Source: Tubiluchus corallicola
Lineage: Eukaryota; Animalia; Priapulida
Length of the DNA stretch: 64,000 nucleotides
Assembly (NCBI GenBank): GCA_030141605.1
Contig: JAQGDQ010000685.1
Coordinates: 1 to 64,000, forward strand
Direction of reading: 5' to 3'
The notes beneath the pieces were generated by a model. It did no database searches. It saw only the letters and a program-made list of their open reading frames with translations, and was not told where the DNA came from. The position numbers and the translations under genes were made by a program. Positions 39,044-52,266 of this stretch are shown one piece after another (position 1 is the first letter of the stretch; each line of letters starts with the position of its first letter).

Positions 39044-42000
39044 TATTACCGTTTGTAGCTGATATTTTGCCTCCTCGTAAACAATTCCAGAAACGATAAA
39101 TAACTTTTATTTTAAGTGTTTAAATAACAGTAATCACACTATTCGTTATTTTGCTCAGCAAGCTCAGTATTGTTCCGCTTCAATTATGGGATACTGACAA
39201 TCAATGGCAATTGTTACATTTTATAAAAGACATTTTATGGAGTATAGAAGCCAAGTATTTTTATTTCTTTAGGAGTTTTTATATGTTTATCTTTTTATTA
39301 GATAATTGGTTGAAACCAAAATGATAACATAATTGATGCTATGGTTTTCTTCTTATTATTATTATTTACTTTGCTTTAACAAATTAACAAAAATTTTCTA
39401 CTTTAACGTCTACAGCTTGAACTAATTTATTGTAATTCTTATCATTTGTTGTTTTTCTTTGTGTATTTAATGTACCACAAATGAGTACGACTAAATGGTA
39501 TTAGCAAATAATTGCTGTAATTTTCTAACTTAACTTGCAGGCTTTAAACAATGCTCCTTTGAAAAGTCCGGATTACAGGGTCATCTTAATGCATGGGCAC
39601 AAGCACCATTACCATAGGTCCTAGGACAATATCAGTACCCAGTGTCCGCTGCTGTGCCCATATGCACTGTTACCACAGGAAAAAGTCAGTGCCCACTGCT
39701 TGCACCATTACCACAGGAGAATGTAAGTGCCCAGTGTCCGCTGCGTGCAACATTACCGTAGGAGAATGTCAGAGCCTAGTGGCTCAAAAAACAATCCCCA
39801 TAAAGCACTGAACAGTGTATGCCTGTTTGGTGGACTAACACAGTAACTGAGACTGTCTAACTGATGCGTTTATCTGTCATTAACTCGTCTAGAAGCAACC
39901 TAAATAATAAAAAGTAAATGAGCGCGTTACCGCGAAAAAATGGATAGGCACCGACAAAATCGTTGTCGTTCCATCGAAAATTTGAATTAAAGACAGCTTA
40001 CCTACTTTAATGTCCTAAAGTTCTGCCGCCTCAAACCTACGATCTGCACAATAACAGAAATCTACACTTCTAATTCTTTTCTTTGCACGTTTATTTCAGT
40101 GCCTTTCTCATCCGAGCGGCGTAAGTCAATGGCTTGGGTGTAGGTTTTAGCTCGAGTTTGCCGCAAGCGTTTCCCGTGCCTTACTGACGTCTCATCCTCA
40201 AGAAATAAGAAAGATGTCGTCTGCTAGAATTTTAGCATATTTTGTCTTTGGGAGAATTTGTTGCTTGTCATTAAAATTTAACTGTTTTTCTTGTTTAGTT
40301 ATTTTGCTTAATGTAATTTTAATTAGAAAACATACGTGACGGTTCCCAAGAAAGATGTAATAGGCAATAGTATTTTTCAACATTAAATTTAAAATCGATA
40401 TTTAAAAAAATACATCATTTATTTGTACTAATTGTGGCTACGAATTGTGACTGTACAAATTAATTAATAGATTGATTTTTATGAGCAGTAATTTTATAGG
40501 TCATCCTAAACAAATTAAAACCGATACTATAATTATTCATTGTAGTGATTTTAGTTACTTCTATCAGCGTAACCTAAACTACAGTTACATGAAAACAATT
40601 ACATCATCTCGTCACATAGCCAGCTTATAATCAATTTTTATCTAAAAGAAAATTATCGGTAATAATGCACACTGTCCATGGCCAGTTCTTTATTCTTGCT
40701 TCTGTAAGCTAAAAATCAAATTGGGTAGATATTTTCAGTTTAGATAATACACTATCTGTAACGTTCTTCTTTAAAGTTTTGCTACGGTATCATAAAGACA
40801 TGGTGTATGTTAATAGATGACTGTGTAAAAATGAGTTCAACGCAGCTTCTTCTTTGATGTTAAAAACGTATTAGCAAGTCTTACTGCTTCTAGCAAAACA
40901 CCTTCGGGATATTGACCTGATAATGAAGACCTATAATATTTCGTTCAGCATTTTGCATTCTTTAGAGAGATCAAAGATGACACATTGCAATTTATTTCAT
41001 TTAAAAATTATTATAAAAAAGTCTATGGAAATATAGATAATCGAATAATATTGTGCACTTGTACGACTTAGAAATGTAGAAATGTGCTTACCCCAGCCTG
41101 GTAGCCGCTGGTTTCGCTAATTATGATGCTTTTAAAAGTCGGTACACGGAATTTTTTTTAAATAGTTGATTGTGACGTAACGAATAGATGATCGGTTACT
41201 ATCATGACTTCCTAAATGCTTGCAGCACAAGCAATGTGTTCGCCTTGTACCATTTTCACTAAAGTTGCTGTTTGTGTAAAATATGGACTTTGAATTCGTG
41301 TCACGGAAGTGCAAAAATTACAGCTATCTTCCACAACTTTAGCTGCTTTACGTTACCGTGTGTATTTCCAATTCTGTACACTGAGTTTTGACTTTGAAAT
41401 GTGCCTTAAGGCAGAATGTAATATGAGCTGCAATGAAAGTCTGCAATAATTGTTTTCTCACGTTCACTAAACTGAAGATATACTTCCGTTTCTGAAAAAA
41501 ATGTGCCGTATCTTATTTTGCTCGAGTGATTTGCTAGAATGTAAACATACTGAGGAGAGAACATACCGGTACCTAGTTTACGTCTGGAGTATCATCTTTG
41601 TGGGCTTGAGCACAGAAGCAAACACAAAAAGAGAGATGGTCCCAGTTACTCCCTATAGTTGATATGAAGAAATGGACAACTATAAAAGTAAGAAAACCTG
41701 ACTCAAATTACTGAGTACATGGAAAGTGGTACTGTTTCCACTTTCCACCAATGCCCATCACTTTCATAGGATTTGTCACATCAATTGATGCCTGTAATGG
41801 ATGTGAAGACTCTGTAACAATTATGACAATTATACGTAAAGAGTATATTATTGTTGCACCACCTTCTTAATAGTAAACGAACTTTCATAAAATTATGAAA
41901 ATATCAAAAAGAAAACGATACTTTTTTACGTCAGTCGGTTGATCGGTCGGTCAGTCAGTCAGTCAGCCAGATCAGTCAATCAATCAGTCAATCAGTTAGT

Positions 42001-42599
42001 CAGTTAGTCGGTCAATTAAATCAGCCAGCCTTTCTGTTACCCGGTGAGCTAACCAGGCTAAATAATAAATATGTCAGTGCAAAATAATAATTTCAATCAA
42101 ATAAAATCAAATTATAACTGTCAAAAATCTTACATTTTCGTTGTACTAACAAGTTGTATTTCTCGAGTTAGTGTGAGTTAGTTAAAATATGCAAAGCCTA
42201 TCTAAACGACACGTTCAATTTCACCTCTTTACAAACATTTCTGCTTCTATTGTGAAGTTTGAGAGATTTCGTTTTGCTTGCAGCCAATAAAGACTAGGTA
42301 TTCCTTCATAACGCTGGTTACTGTGAAGGTTCAAACGACAACAAAACAGAGAAAATAAACAAGTTTTGCTGAATTACCAGGCCTCGCTAATTTTCTAATG
42401 TTCTTTTTGGCTTTTAACGCTTTTAGCGTGCAGTAGTGCTTTTAACGTTCAACATGGCAATAACTGTACATTGTAAAAATCTAGCAGGACAAAACGTAGA
42501 ATGCATTTTTCATAAAAACTAATGTTGCAGAAAAACGTTGTGTACTGTAGCTGGCGCGAGTGCGCAGTTTAACTCTTTCGCCACGCGAGATTGCGCAAT

Positions 42600-42745
42600 A
42601 GTTTCGCTGGCGTCTGCACCACCGGATATTATATATAAACCCCAGAAAAGTTGAAAGGGCAGTTTAGACAGTTCGAAATAAAAGTTAGAAGTGAGGAAAA
42701 ATATTATAATTGCTTGAAGCGAGCCAACAGAAGATCACTAAAAAG
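42600..42745 (+). promoter_or_regulatory. Putative AOX promoter and non-coding first exon
   Basis: CpG-richer stretch, tatataaa at ~42632, donor aag|gtaaca at 42746; the next acceptor at 43929 precedes the ATG. Inference. Confidence 0.4.
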
Positions 42746-43430
42746 GTAACATTTCATTTCCGTAAGTAAAATAGAAATTTCTTCATTGTATATAAGTGAA
42801 ATTGGTAGCAAAGTTTTTATTTATCGTTTTTTAATTAAGGCATTAATCACGTGTCTCGTAACGTTTTATCAGCTTATTAACCAGAAAAATGACGGTAGCG
42901 GAAACGGTACAAAGATCATTGCTGTGCGTTTAGTATAATGATGAGCCCAACACGTTATGATACTTTTGGCTTGATTTGATGGAGCTTTTAATACTCGGCA
43001 TTACCACTGCTGGTAAAATCGAGTTTTCTCTCGGGTTTCTTATCTATGGAATTATTTATCGGAAAATATTTTGCTATTGACGAGCTTTATTCGCTTCAAG
43101 AACCTTCTCTCACTAGTAAATTACTTATAGGAGTTCTTTTATTCTATTCACCAATATCTTCATCCAGCCCTGGATTAACCATTAAGCAAAGTAAGTACGT
43201 GCTTAGGGAAGGAGCGCCTCACGTAGTTTTTTTCACATCGAATAATTACCCTAAAGTATTTTATGCCAGAATATCTGTAATAGTTTCTGTGTTTGTTTAC
43301 AATGTGACGGCACAGATGGGCATCGAGATTCTGGTTACTATAATATTAAATGGACCAATATCGGTTTCCGTAAAAAAACCGTGTTCAGTAAATTTTTGCA
43401 TTTGTACTTTTCACTGATCTTCTCAGTGCT

Positions 43431-43824
43431 CAGGGACATATCGATGCCCTAGGCAGATAATTCTGTTCCGCTAATCTCTATTGTTGGTTGCTTATGTAAT
43501 GAGAACATTAAACAATTACCTGTGGTGTATTAGAAAAACACCATTAATTTAATTTCTACGAGGTTATTATTAACTGCATAGTGCCTATATTGAGGCACGC
43601 TGCGCAAATACTTGTGTAATATCTTGCAGCTGTTCGTTTTGTCACACTTATATAGATGCTGCTCTCGACAACTGCCTGTGGTGTGTTATGAAATGTACCT
43701 TTTACATGAATATGAAATTACATACATTTTCCGAGGAGAATAAGAATTTTTTCTAAAATGTGACACACTTACACTTTGGCGCCCTAGTCTATAGCCTAGT
43801 TAGCTATTGGTTAATGCACCCCTA
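43431..43824. mobile_element. hAT-type MITE
   Basis: cagggac...gcaccccta ends, gccctag subterminal motifs, 8-bp TSD tcagtgct/tcagtgcg. Confidence 0.7.
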
Positions 43825-43937
43825 TCAGTGCGCCCCGTTTTAGATCCCTTACCAGGCCTCTTTTCTTCTGTCTGCTGCAATTATAAAAGCATCTTCATTA
43901 ATGTTTTACTTTCTGCACTTTTGTTGCAGCTGGAATT

Positions 43938-46900
43938 ATGGCACAGAGGAGAATTCCGCTTCTGGTGAAACTGATTACCAGTTCACAAATGCATCCTGTC
44001 AAGTTTGGAAGTGGTGCTGCAAGAATGATGGTTGACAAAGGATTTCACTCACGGAACGCGGGAATCATCACATTGGTAAGATGCACAGGAGCAGCTAGCT
44101 TAGGACTAATCTAAACTGTGCAGAAAGAAGCAAATGAAAACGGAAAAGCTTTTAATGCCCTGAATATTTTAGCCGCTTTGACTCAAACAGGGGATCAGAC
44201 GAATTCGTTAACAAAAAACGATTATATGGGTAGATTAAAGACCTGCCCCTATTTACAACGTGTTTTATTTGGTTTTGAATACGACAATCCAAGTGATACT
44301 TTTGCATAAAACCATGAAAACGTTTATAAATGATTTCAGAACTTTATCAAAAACCTCCATTAGATGACCAATGACTTCGCCATTGTTAGTACTTGTTTTT
44401 AGACACTTAAACTTATTTGTTCGTTTTTACTTGTAAGTTTTATAAGTTTTAAGTTTATTTATTTCCACTCTGCATCTAACAATTATAATAAAAATACAGA
44501 TAATTTCACTGAAGTAAATATAAATATAAATGCAGTATTATCCAGAAATTACAAAATGCAGCATATACATGTGCAAATTACATTACAGAGTGATTTTGAT
44601 GCATACAGTTTGAGCCTAAAAGCATAGCTTGACAGGCCAAACTGTACGTGGAAATCTTAAAGAAGTGATTAATAATTGAAATAATGATGATATATACATA
44701 AAAGTGTGGGGGAGAGTGGTGAATGAAAGACGAATTGGTGCGAGAACTAAGAAAAACTGTGATGTGGGGGAGTAGTGAATGAAAGATGAAATGGAGTGAG
44801 AACTAAGAAAAACTGTGATGTGGGGGGAGTAGTGAATGAAAGATGAAATGGTGCGAGAACTAAGAAAAAGTGTGATGTGGGGGGAGTAGTGAATGAAAGA
44901 TGAAATGGAGCGAGAACTAAGAAAAAGTGTGATCATGATTATAAAGTGTCGGTTGTGTCGTAATAAGGTACATTTGATTTCTAGAAAACTGACTGCTCCT
45001 TCGTGTAAGATAATTGATGTTTCTAACCGCAGTATAATTTTATTCCAGTAATGAAAATGCGCAGTTATTTGACTTGAGAACGTGTTTCAAGTTACAAAAT
45101 CAACATTTTCTCGACAGCGTGAACGTTGAAACGCCAAACACGTACTTTTTCAATTTTTTTATAACACTTTAACTCCGTAGAACGAAAATAAAAGTGCATT
45201 TATTGCTTTAAAAGGAGGATTGAAAAGAACATTACTGCGTGACCTATTAAACTACTTTCACTAAAAGAAATAGTTCAGTGGAGCCACTTTACAAAAAAAA
45301 TTATCGTCTCTTTGCTTTGCTGAATAGGGCACGTTCTGCTGGCTCAATAAAATAGCGCCTATATAAAGGCCTAATAAAATCGTTTGTATAATCCAGCATT
45401 TTGCAACAGCAATTACATTAAAGGAGTCAGTTAATCAGTTAGTGAGTAAGTCAGTGAAAGCAAAGTCACGAAAAGCCTAGAAGCAACAAAATAAATTGTA
45501 TAAATTAAACTATGATAGGTTATAGTTAAAGTGAAAGACATACTTTACTTTTTGTCCTTCTAGGTCAATAGACCTGAAGTTGTAACGATTCGTTTAACCC
45601 TTTCAGTCCCAAATTATTTTTTTTAATAAGAAAAAATTTTTTGGCTTGGTACTTTTGTTCAGTATGTCCATCTTGTTTACACATTTTTTTCTACCTATGC
45701 CCGCGTGCTAAATATAGCCTGTATCCCACGGGATACATTGGGATTCAACGGAAGCATAAAACGTGCTTCATTTTGTAACTGCTGATAATTTTTTAAAGTA
45801 TTTAAGACATTTAGTATGCATGCTATGCTGATCTGTACAAAGTCGTCTGTAAAGTACTGTACCTTGCACAGTTTTTATGCTATGTAGATTTTCTAGTTAG
45901 TCATTTTATCACTATTTTTAGTCTATTGTTATTGGCTTAAATCAAAATAACTATTAACAGATCAAATAACTGTCAGTTTTAAAATTTTATTAATTTTAAA
46001 GGCAAAAAATATTCTCGTATCCCACGGGATACAACGGGTATGAAAGGGTTAAGTCTAATTATACAAATGTTAGTAACTTGTGAACGCGCAAGCCTACGTG
46101 TCTCAAAAACTTCCGCAATTGAAAATTTCTAGGTTACATCAGACTTGCATCCAGGGTCTAAATTGATTTTTTATTGCTAATCTAACCTCTTGCAAACTAG
46201 TTATGCTTGAAGCGGAATTTGCTTGAAAGTTTCATGGTAAAACTTATTCGTCTTACACAGATGTGTATCGAAGCGGAAGGGAAATAATTCAAACAGCTGA
46301 TGCAATACAAATCTGACTCGCTTCCAGGCATTCTGTTCGTGATTTACTATAGGCTTGGTTAGTCATGAAAACAGGATGGCGGTGGTACAATACAGTGTAA
46401 ATCAGGGGCTATAAGAACACCAACAAACTGCGCATGCACCGAACATTTCATTTACACACGTTACTCACCCCCCACCTGTAACAATTAGTTCTTTGAACAT
46501 GAGAAAGAAATTATGCTCGTACGAAAAGTAAGAAATGTTTTGACGTTTAAGTTACAAAGTGAGTCAACGATAAAATTAAACGTAACAGTTTTCATGTCGA
46601 ATGTTTACATTACGCGACTTTTTAAATTTTTACCAAAATTAACTAGCCTCAGCACCTGTAACAATGGCGCTTATTAGCCTAGCGCTTATAACCTTGCCAC
46701 CTGTAACCTTAGCCTTTATAACCTTAACACTTGTAACCTTAGCACTTGTAACCTTAACACTTGTAACCTTGGCACCTGTAACCTTAGCACTTGTAACCTT
46801 GCCACCTATAACCTTAGCACTTGTAACCTTGCCACCTGTAACCTTAACACTTGTAACCTTGGCACTTGTAACCTTGGCACCTGTAACCTTAGCCTTTATA

Positions 46901-49900
46901 ACCTTAACACCTGTAACCTTAACACTTGTAACCTTGGTACTTGTAACCTTGGCACCTGTAACCTTAACACTTGTAACCTTGGCACTTGTAACCTTGGCAC
47001 CTGTGACCTTAACACTTGTAACCTTGCCACCTATAACCTTAGCACTTGTAACCTTGGCACCTGTAACCTTAACACTTGTAACCTTGGCACCTGTAACCTT
47101 AGCACTTGTAACCTTGGCACCTGTAACCTTAACACTTGTAACCTTGGCACCTGTAACCTTAGCACTTGTAACCTTGGCACCTGTGACCTTAGCACTTGTA
47201 ACCTTGGCACTTGTAAGCTTTGCACCTATAACCTTAGCACTTGTAACCTTGGCACCTGTGACCTTAGCACTTGTAACCTTGGCACTTGTAAGCTTTGCAC
47301 CTATAACCTTAGCACTTGTAACCTTAGCACTTGTAACCTTAGCACTTGTAACCTTGGCACCTGTGACCTTAGCACTTGTAACCTTAACACTTGTAACCTT
47401 GGCACCTGTAACCTTAGCACTTGTAACCTTGGCACCTGTAACCTTGGCACTTGTAACCTTGGCACCTGTAACCTTGGCACCTGTAACCTTGGCACCTGTA
47501 ACCTTAGCACTTGTAACCTTGACACCTGTAACCTTGGCACCTATAACCTTGGCACCTGTAACCTTGGCACCTGTAAGCTTGGCACCTATAACCTTGGCAC
47601 CTGTAGCCTTGGCACCTATAACCTTGGCACCTGTAACCTTGGCACTTGTAACCTTAGCACTTGTAACCTTGGCACTCGTAACCTTGGCACTTGTAACCTT
47701 GGCACTTGTAACCTTGGCACCTGTAACCTTGGCACCTGTAACCTTGGCACCTGTAACCTTAGCACTTGTAACCTTGGCACCTGTAACCTTAGCACTTGTA
47801 ACCTTGGCACCTGTAACCTTGGCACCTGTAACCTTAGCACTTGTAACCTTGGCACTTGTAACCTTAGCACTTGTAACCTTGGCACCTGTAACCTTGGCAC
47901 CTGTAACCTTGGCACCTGTAACCTTGGCACCTGTAACCTTAGCACTTGTAACCTTGGCACTTGTAACCTTAACACTTGTAACCTTAGCACCTGTAACCTT
48001 GGCACCTGTGACCTTAATACTTGTAACCTTGGCACCTGTGACCTTAACACTTGTAACCTTGGCACCTGTAACCTTAACACTTGTAACGTTAACACTTGTA
48101 ACACCTTGGCACCTGTGACCTTAACACTTGTAACCTTGGCACTTGTAACCTTAACACCTGTAACCTTGGCATTTTTAACCTTGACACCTGTAACGTTGAT
48201 ACCTGTAACTTTGGTGACAGTAACCTTGGAAGTAATAGCCTCAGCATCTGCGGCTTTTGTACTCACCCACACAACCTTAGCACCAACAGCCATGGCATCT
48301 ACAATCTTGGCACATCAAACCTTGGAACCTGAAAATTTGGCACCCACAAGCTTGGCCTCCGGGCGTCAACATTTGCAAAAATTAAGGAACATCTAAAAGG
48401 CTCGCATTTCGTTCACAAACAACATTAAAAATGTAGCAAAAATGTGAAATAAAAAAATCCAAAGCAAAAACACCAGTTTCTCGTTGAAAAAGTTAGATAA
48501 TTAATCATAATTTCATTAAAATCGATTCTTTTAGAATTCTTTTGCATAATTATTTTCTCAAGGTGAGGAATGCTGCTACAGTTACTGGACTGAAGCCATC
48601 TAGAGAAACCACAGAAAAAATCACAGCTAAGAAAGTAAAAACAGACGAGTAAGTAATTTACTAGAAACCGTAGAATTTCATAGATTAATTTTAGGCTAGA
48701 TGATTAAAATGTCTTAAATCAAGTTTTGACATGTATATTTCATTTCAAGAGCAATTTCGTTCACTTTTTTGTACACTTATGTTGGCGTAGCCCATGTTGT
48801 TTCAGTAAACTCAATTTTATGCCAATAATTTATTTGCTAGGACAGAAAGGCCGAGTGAAGAAGATGCAAAAGCCAAAGCAGACAGAGAACGACTCCTTGC
48901 CAGTTGTCCAAGCCAAGACCATGCAGAACCAATGTGGTAAGAATTCTCATTTCAGGCACCCTTCAAATGCTGACTTAAACTAACTTAATTTATTTATGTC
49001 TGTACTTCAAAACATATTATAAATTTGTTAATACACTTTGATGTTCATTCATACGTGTACTTTAAATAGTGTTGTAAATTTACTCATTTTTTACTCATCT
49101 TTGCAGTTTATTTATGTCTGTACTTCAAAACATATTATAAATTTATTAATACACTTTGATGTTCATTCATACGTGTACTTTAAATAGTGTTGTAAATTTA
49201 CTCATTTTTTACTCATCTTTGCAGTTTATTTATGTCTGTACTTCAAAACATGTTATCAATTTATTAATATACTTTGATGTTCATTCATACGTATACTTTA
49301 AATAGTGCTGTAAATTTACTCATCGTTGCAGCTAAGTTTACTCATACATATGTTTGAAAACACGTATGTTTAATTACATACTTCGAAACATATTTTATAC
49401 ACGTACAAGTACACAAAGTCAGTTTAACGTGTTTTGAAGTACGCATATTTGAACTTATAAAACATTGTTCCAAATTTATTAACAAGGTAGGAATGAGTTT
49501 CTTCAAAACACGTTCAAAGTTTGGGTGATACGTATATTTCAAGACGTGTTTTAAGGTTACCATATGTTCAAAAAACTCACAAAAATTTTTGAAAATAGGA
49601 AGATTTCTCTGGAAACAAAAATTAGAATATTCTCAGCCTTAGTCGAAACTGTATTTCTGTATAACTCTGAGCTCTGGACATTAAAAGCAAATCATAAAGC
49701 TGAAATCGATGCGTTTCAAAGGCGAAATTACAGAAACATTTTGGGTATTAGATGGCCAAAGAAAATTTCAAACAAAGATCTATATGAAGAAATAAAAGAA
49801 GAACCTTGGACAAGAAAAATAAAAAGACGCCGTTTAAGATGGATTGGGCATATGCTTAGACTACCTGATGATATTCCAGTAAAGATAGCTCTTCAACAAG

Positions 49901-52218
49901 CCATAGAACAGCTAAAAAACCTGCAGGAGGACAAATGTTAACAAATTTAGATTTTGCACAGAAAGATTTAAACACTTCAGCATTGATCCTTAGAAATAAA
50001 TCCACTTGGGGCATTACGGCGAGCAGGGAGTCCTGGCATAGGGAGGTGAGCAGAATCATGTGCCTGGACGTATGATTCATTGGGTGATGATGATGATGAT
50101 ATCGTAAATAAATTGTTTTTCACGAATTTAATATATTAGCTGAGATAGTTACTGACAATTTTTAATTCCTGACTTTAGGACAGAGAAGCAGCTGAAAGAT
50201 GTGATTATAACCCACGATCCACCACGGACTAGAGTAGACAAGGTAAGACGTTTAAAATGCATCTTCAAAAAACGATCTTCTAATGACGATGGAACATTGT
50301 GCTAAAACTAAATTTACACTACATTCGCTTCAACAAAAAAACTAATGACATTATGGTACTGCGAACACGGGGCATTTCACAAATTAGAGGTCGTAGTGTT
50401 CCACGTGCAATTTAAATTCGGTTCAAATCCACGCTCGTCTGTAACTTATTCACATTTTTGTCAAATTCAGTTCAATAGCGGTTTATTTTTTCTTTCATCA
50501 ACAGTGCTGAAAACAAATTTCGCACGTAACCTGTTTTTGCATGTAATATTGAAAATTTGTCTAAATAAACCTTTTCACAGATTCGTTGTGCGCACGCGCA
50601 GTTTCTGCAGGTCAAAGATTAAGTGTACCACAGCAACGCGTCTTAACTACAATCGCCATGTGACGTTAAGCAAAACAAAGCCGCCTGTCGCATCAGTTCA
50701 GTAACTTCAGTTGATTTGACGAACTTTGCTTAACTATGCATTAGTTTGTGCACAGAGTGATTTGCTAGCAGGATCTTGCTTGGGAACAAGAAAAAATGAA
50801 CTAGGTAAGGTCTAGCTAGCTGTTATAACTGTTACTATTACAATAGCATGGGCTGCGAGGCACAAATACGTTGTTCGGTACACTCAACCTTTGACCTTTT
50901 CGCGATCATCATCAATCGCTGGAACTGTGAAAAGACTCATTGAAAACGTTTTTCTTTCAGGCGGCTTATTACACTGTACAGACTTTGAGGTCAGCATTCG
51001 ATCTCTTCTCTGGTTATTCATTTGGACGAATGACAGAAGCAAAATGGATCAGGTAAAAAACCATCTCAGTAAACTGAAAACGACAGTTAGTTGTTTGGTT
51101 GGTTAATTAGTCAGACAGTAGTAGCTAGTTTGTCAATCAACGAGCATGTCAAAGTTCAGTCTGCATAAGATAAGACAGTATGTCAGTCAATTAGCGAGAC
51201 AGCAAGACATTCAGTCAATCAACCAGATAGTCAGTTAATCAACCAGACGGTCAGTCACTGAAATGATCTAACAGGCAATAAGTCGGTCAACTAATAACGC
51301 AGGCAGTCAGTTAGTCAAACAAGCAAGCAGTCAGTCAATTAGAGATTTTGTTAACCAGTTATTCAGTCAATTATTGTGCTGGTAGCTTGGTCGTTGAGTC
51401 GGTCAGTCAGTCACAAGTTGTTTAGTCATCCATTTGGCTAGTCAGTCAGCAGTGTAGACAAGTAAACAGATAGAACAGCATTGGTCAATCAGTTAGTCAG
51501 TTAGTTAGTGACTGAACTTGCTTTTGTTACTTTGATTACCTAACAAATCAAGAAAGAGAGAAAGAGAGAGATAGCATTTCCTTAGTCAATATACAGCTGG
51601 AGGTAACTTTATAAACAGACCTTTTTCGCCGTGAAGCCGGTCTCATTCTCATTCTTCTGCAACATGTTCAAGAACAAAGTTGAACCGGTTAACAGTTAGC
51701 TTATTACCATCGTTTCTGGAGCAGTAAGCAAAGACTATGTACAATGCTCGTGCGTTATTGATCACCAGTGGTTTGGTTTATTAGCGTTTAACATTTCACG
51801 CAGTTTCAACCTTGCGCAAAATGCTTTTGTTGTAGCTTATGATTTGTGTGGCATGATGTTGGTGGGTCGGTGGGTCGCGTAGCGTTGGGCGGAAAGCTTA
51901 ATTAAGCGACTAACAATGCTTTTCACTCCGGACTAACTACGTTTACTTGTGAACAAAACTCAGTAAAAGTAAAGTAGCCGAGTTTGAAGGATTTATCCTA
52001 ATTTACAGGAGGATAATATTCTTGGAGACAGTAGCTGGGGTTCCTGGAATGGTGGGAGGAATGATCAGACATCTTAACTCTTTACGTCGAATGAAGAGAG
52101 ACCATGGTTGGATTCACACATTACTAGGTACCTCTAATTATGGACTCTTGTTAACTCTTTCATTCCCTAATGGTTGAACTTTACTTTGCTATACTGTACA
52201 ATTTGGTTATTTGTTACA

Positions 52219-52266
<48 letters not shown>

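Noticed and set aside
46664-48118. 484-aa (VTLAP)n ORF as an AOX exon or gene
   Set aside because: Pure minisatellite; AOX exons join in phase without it.
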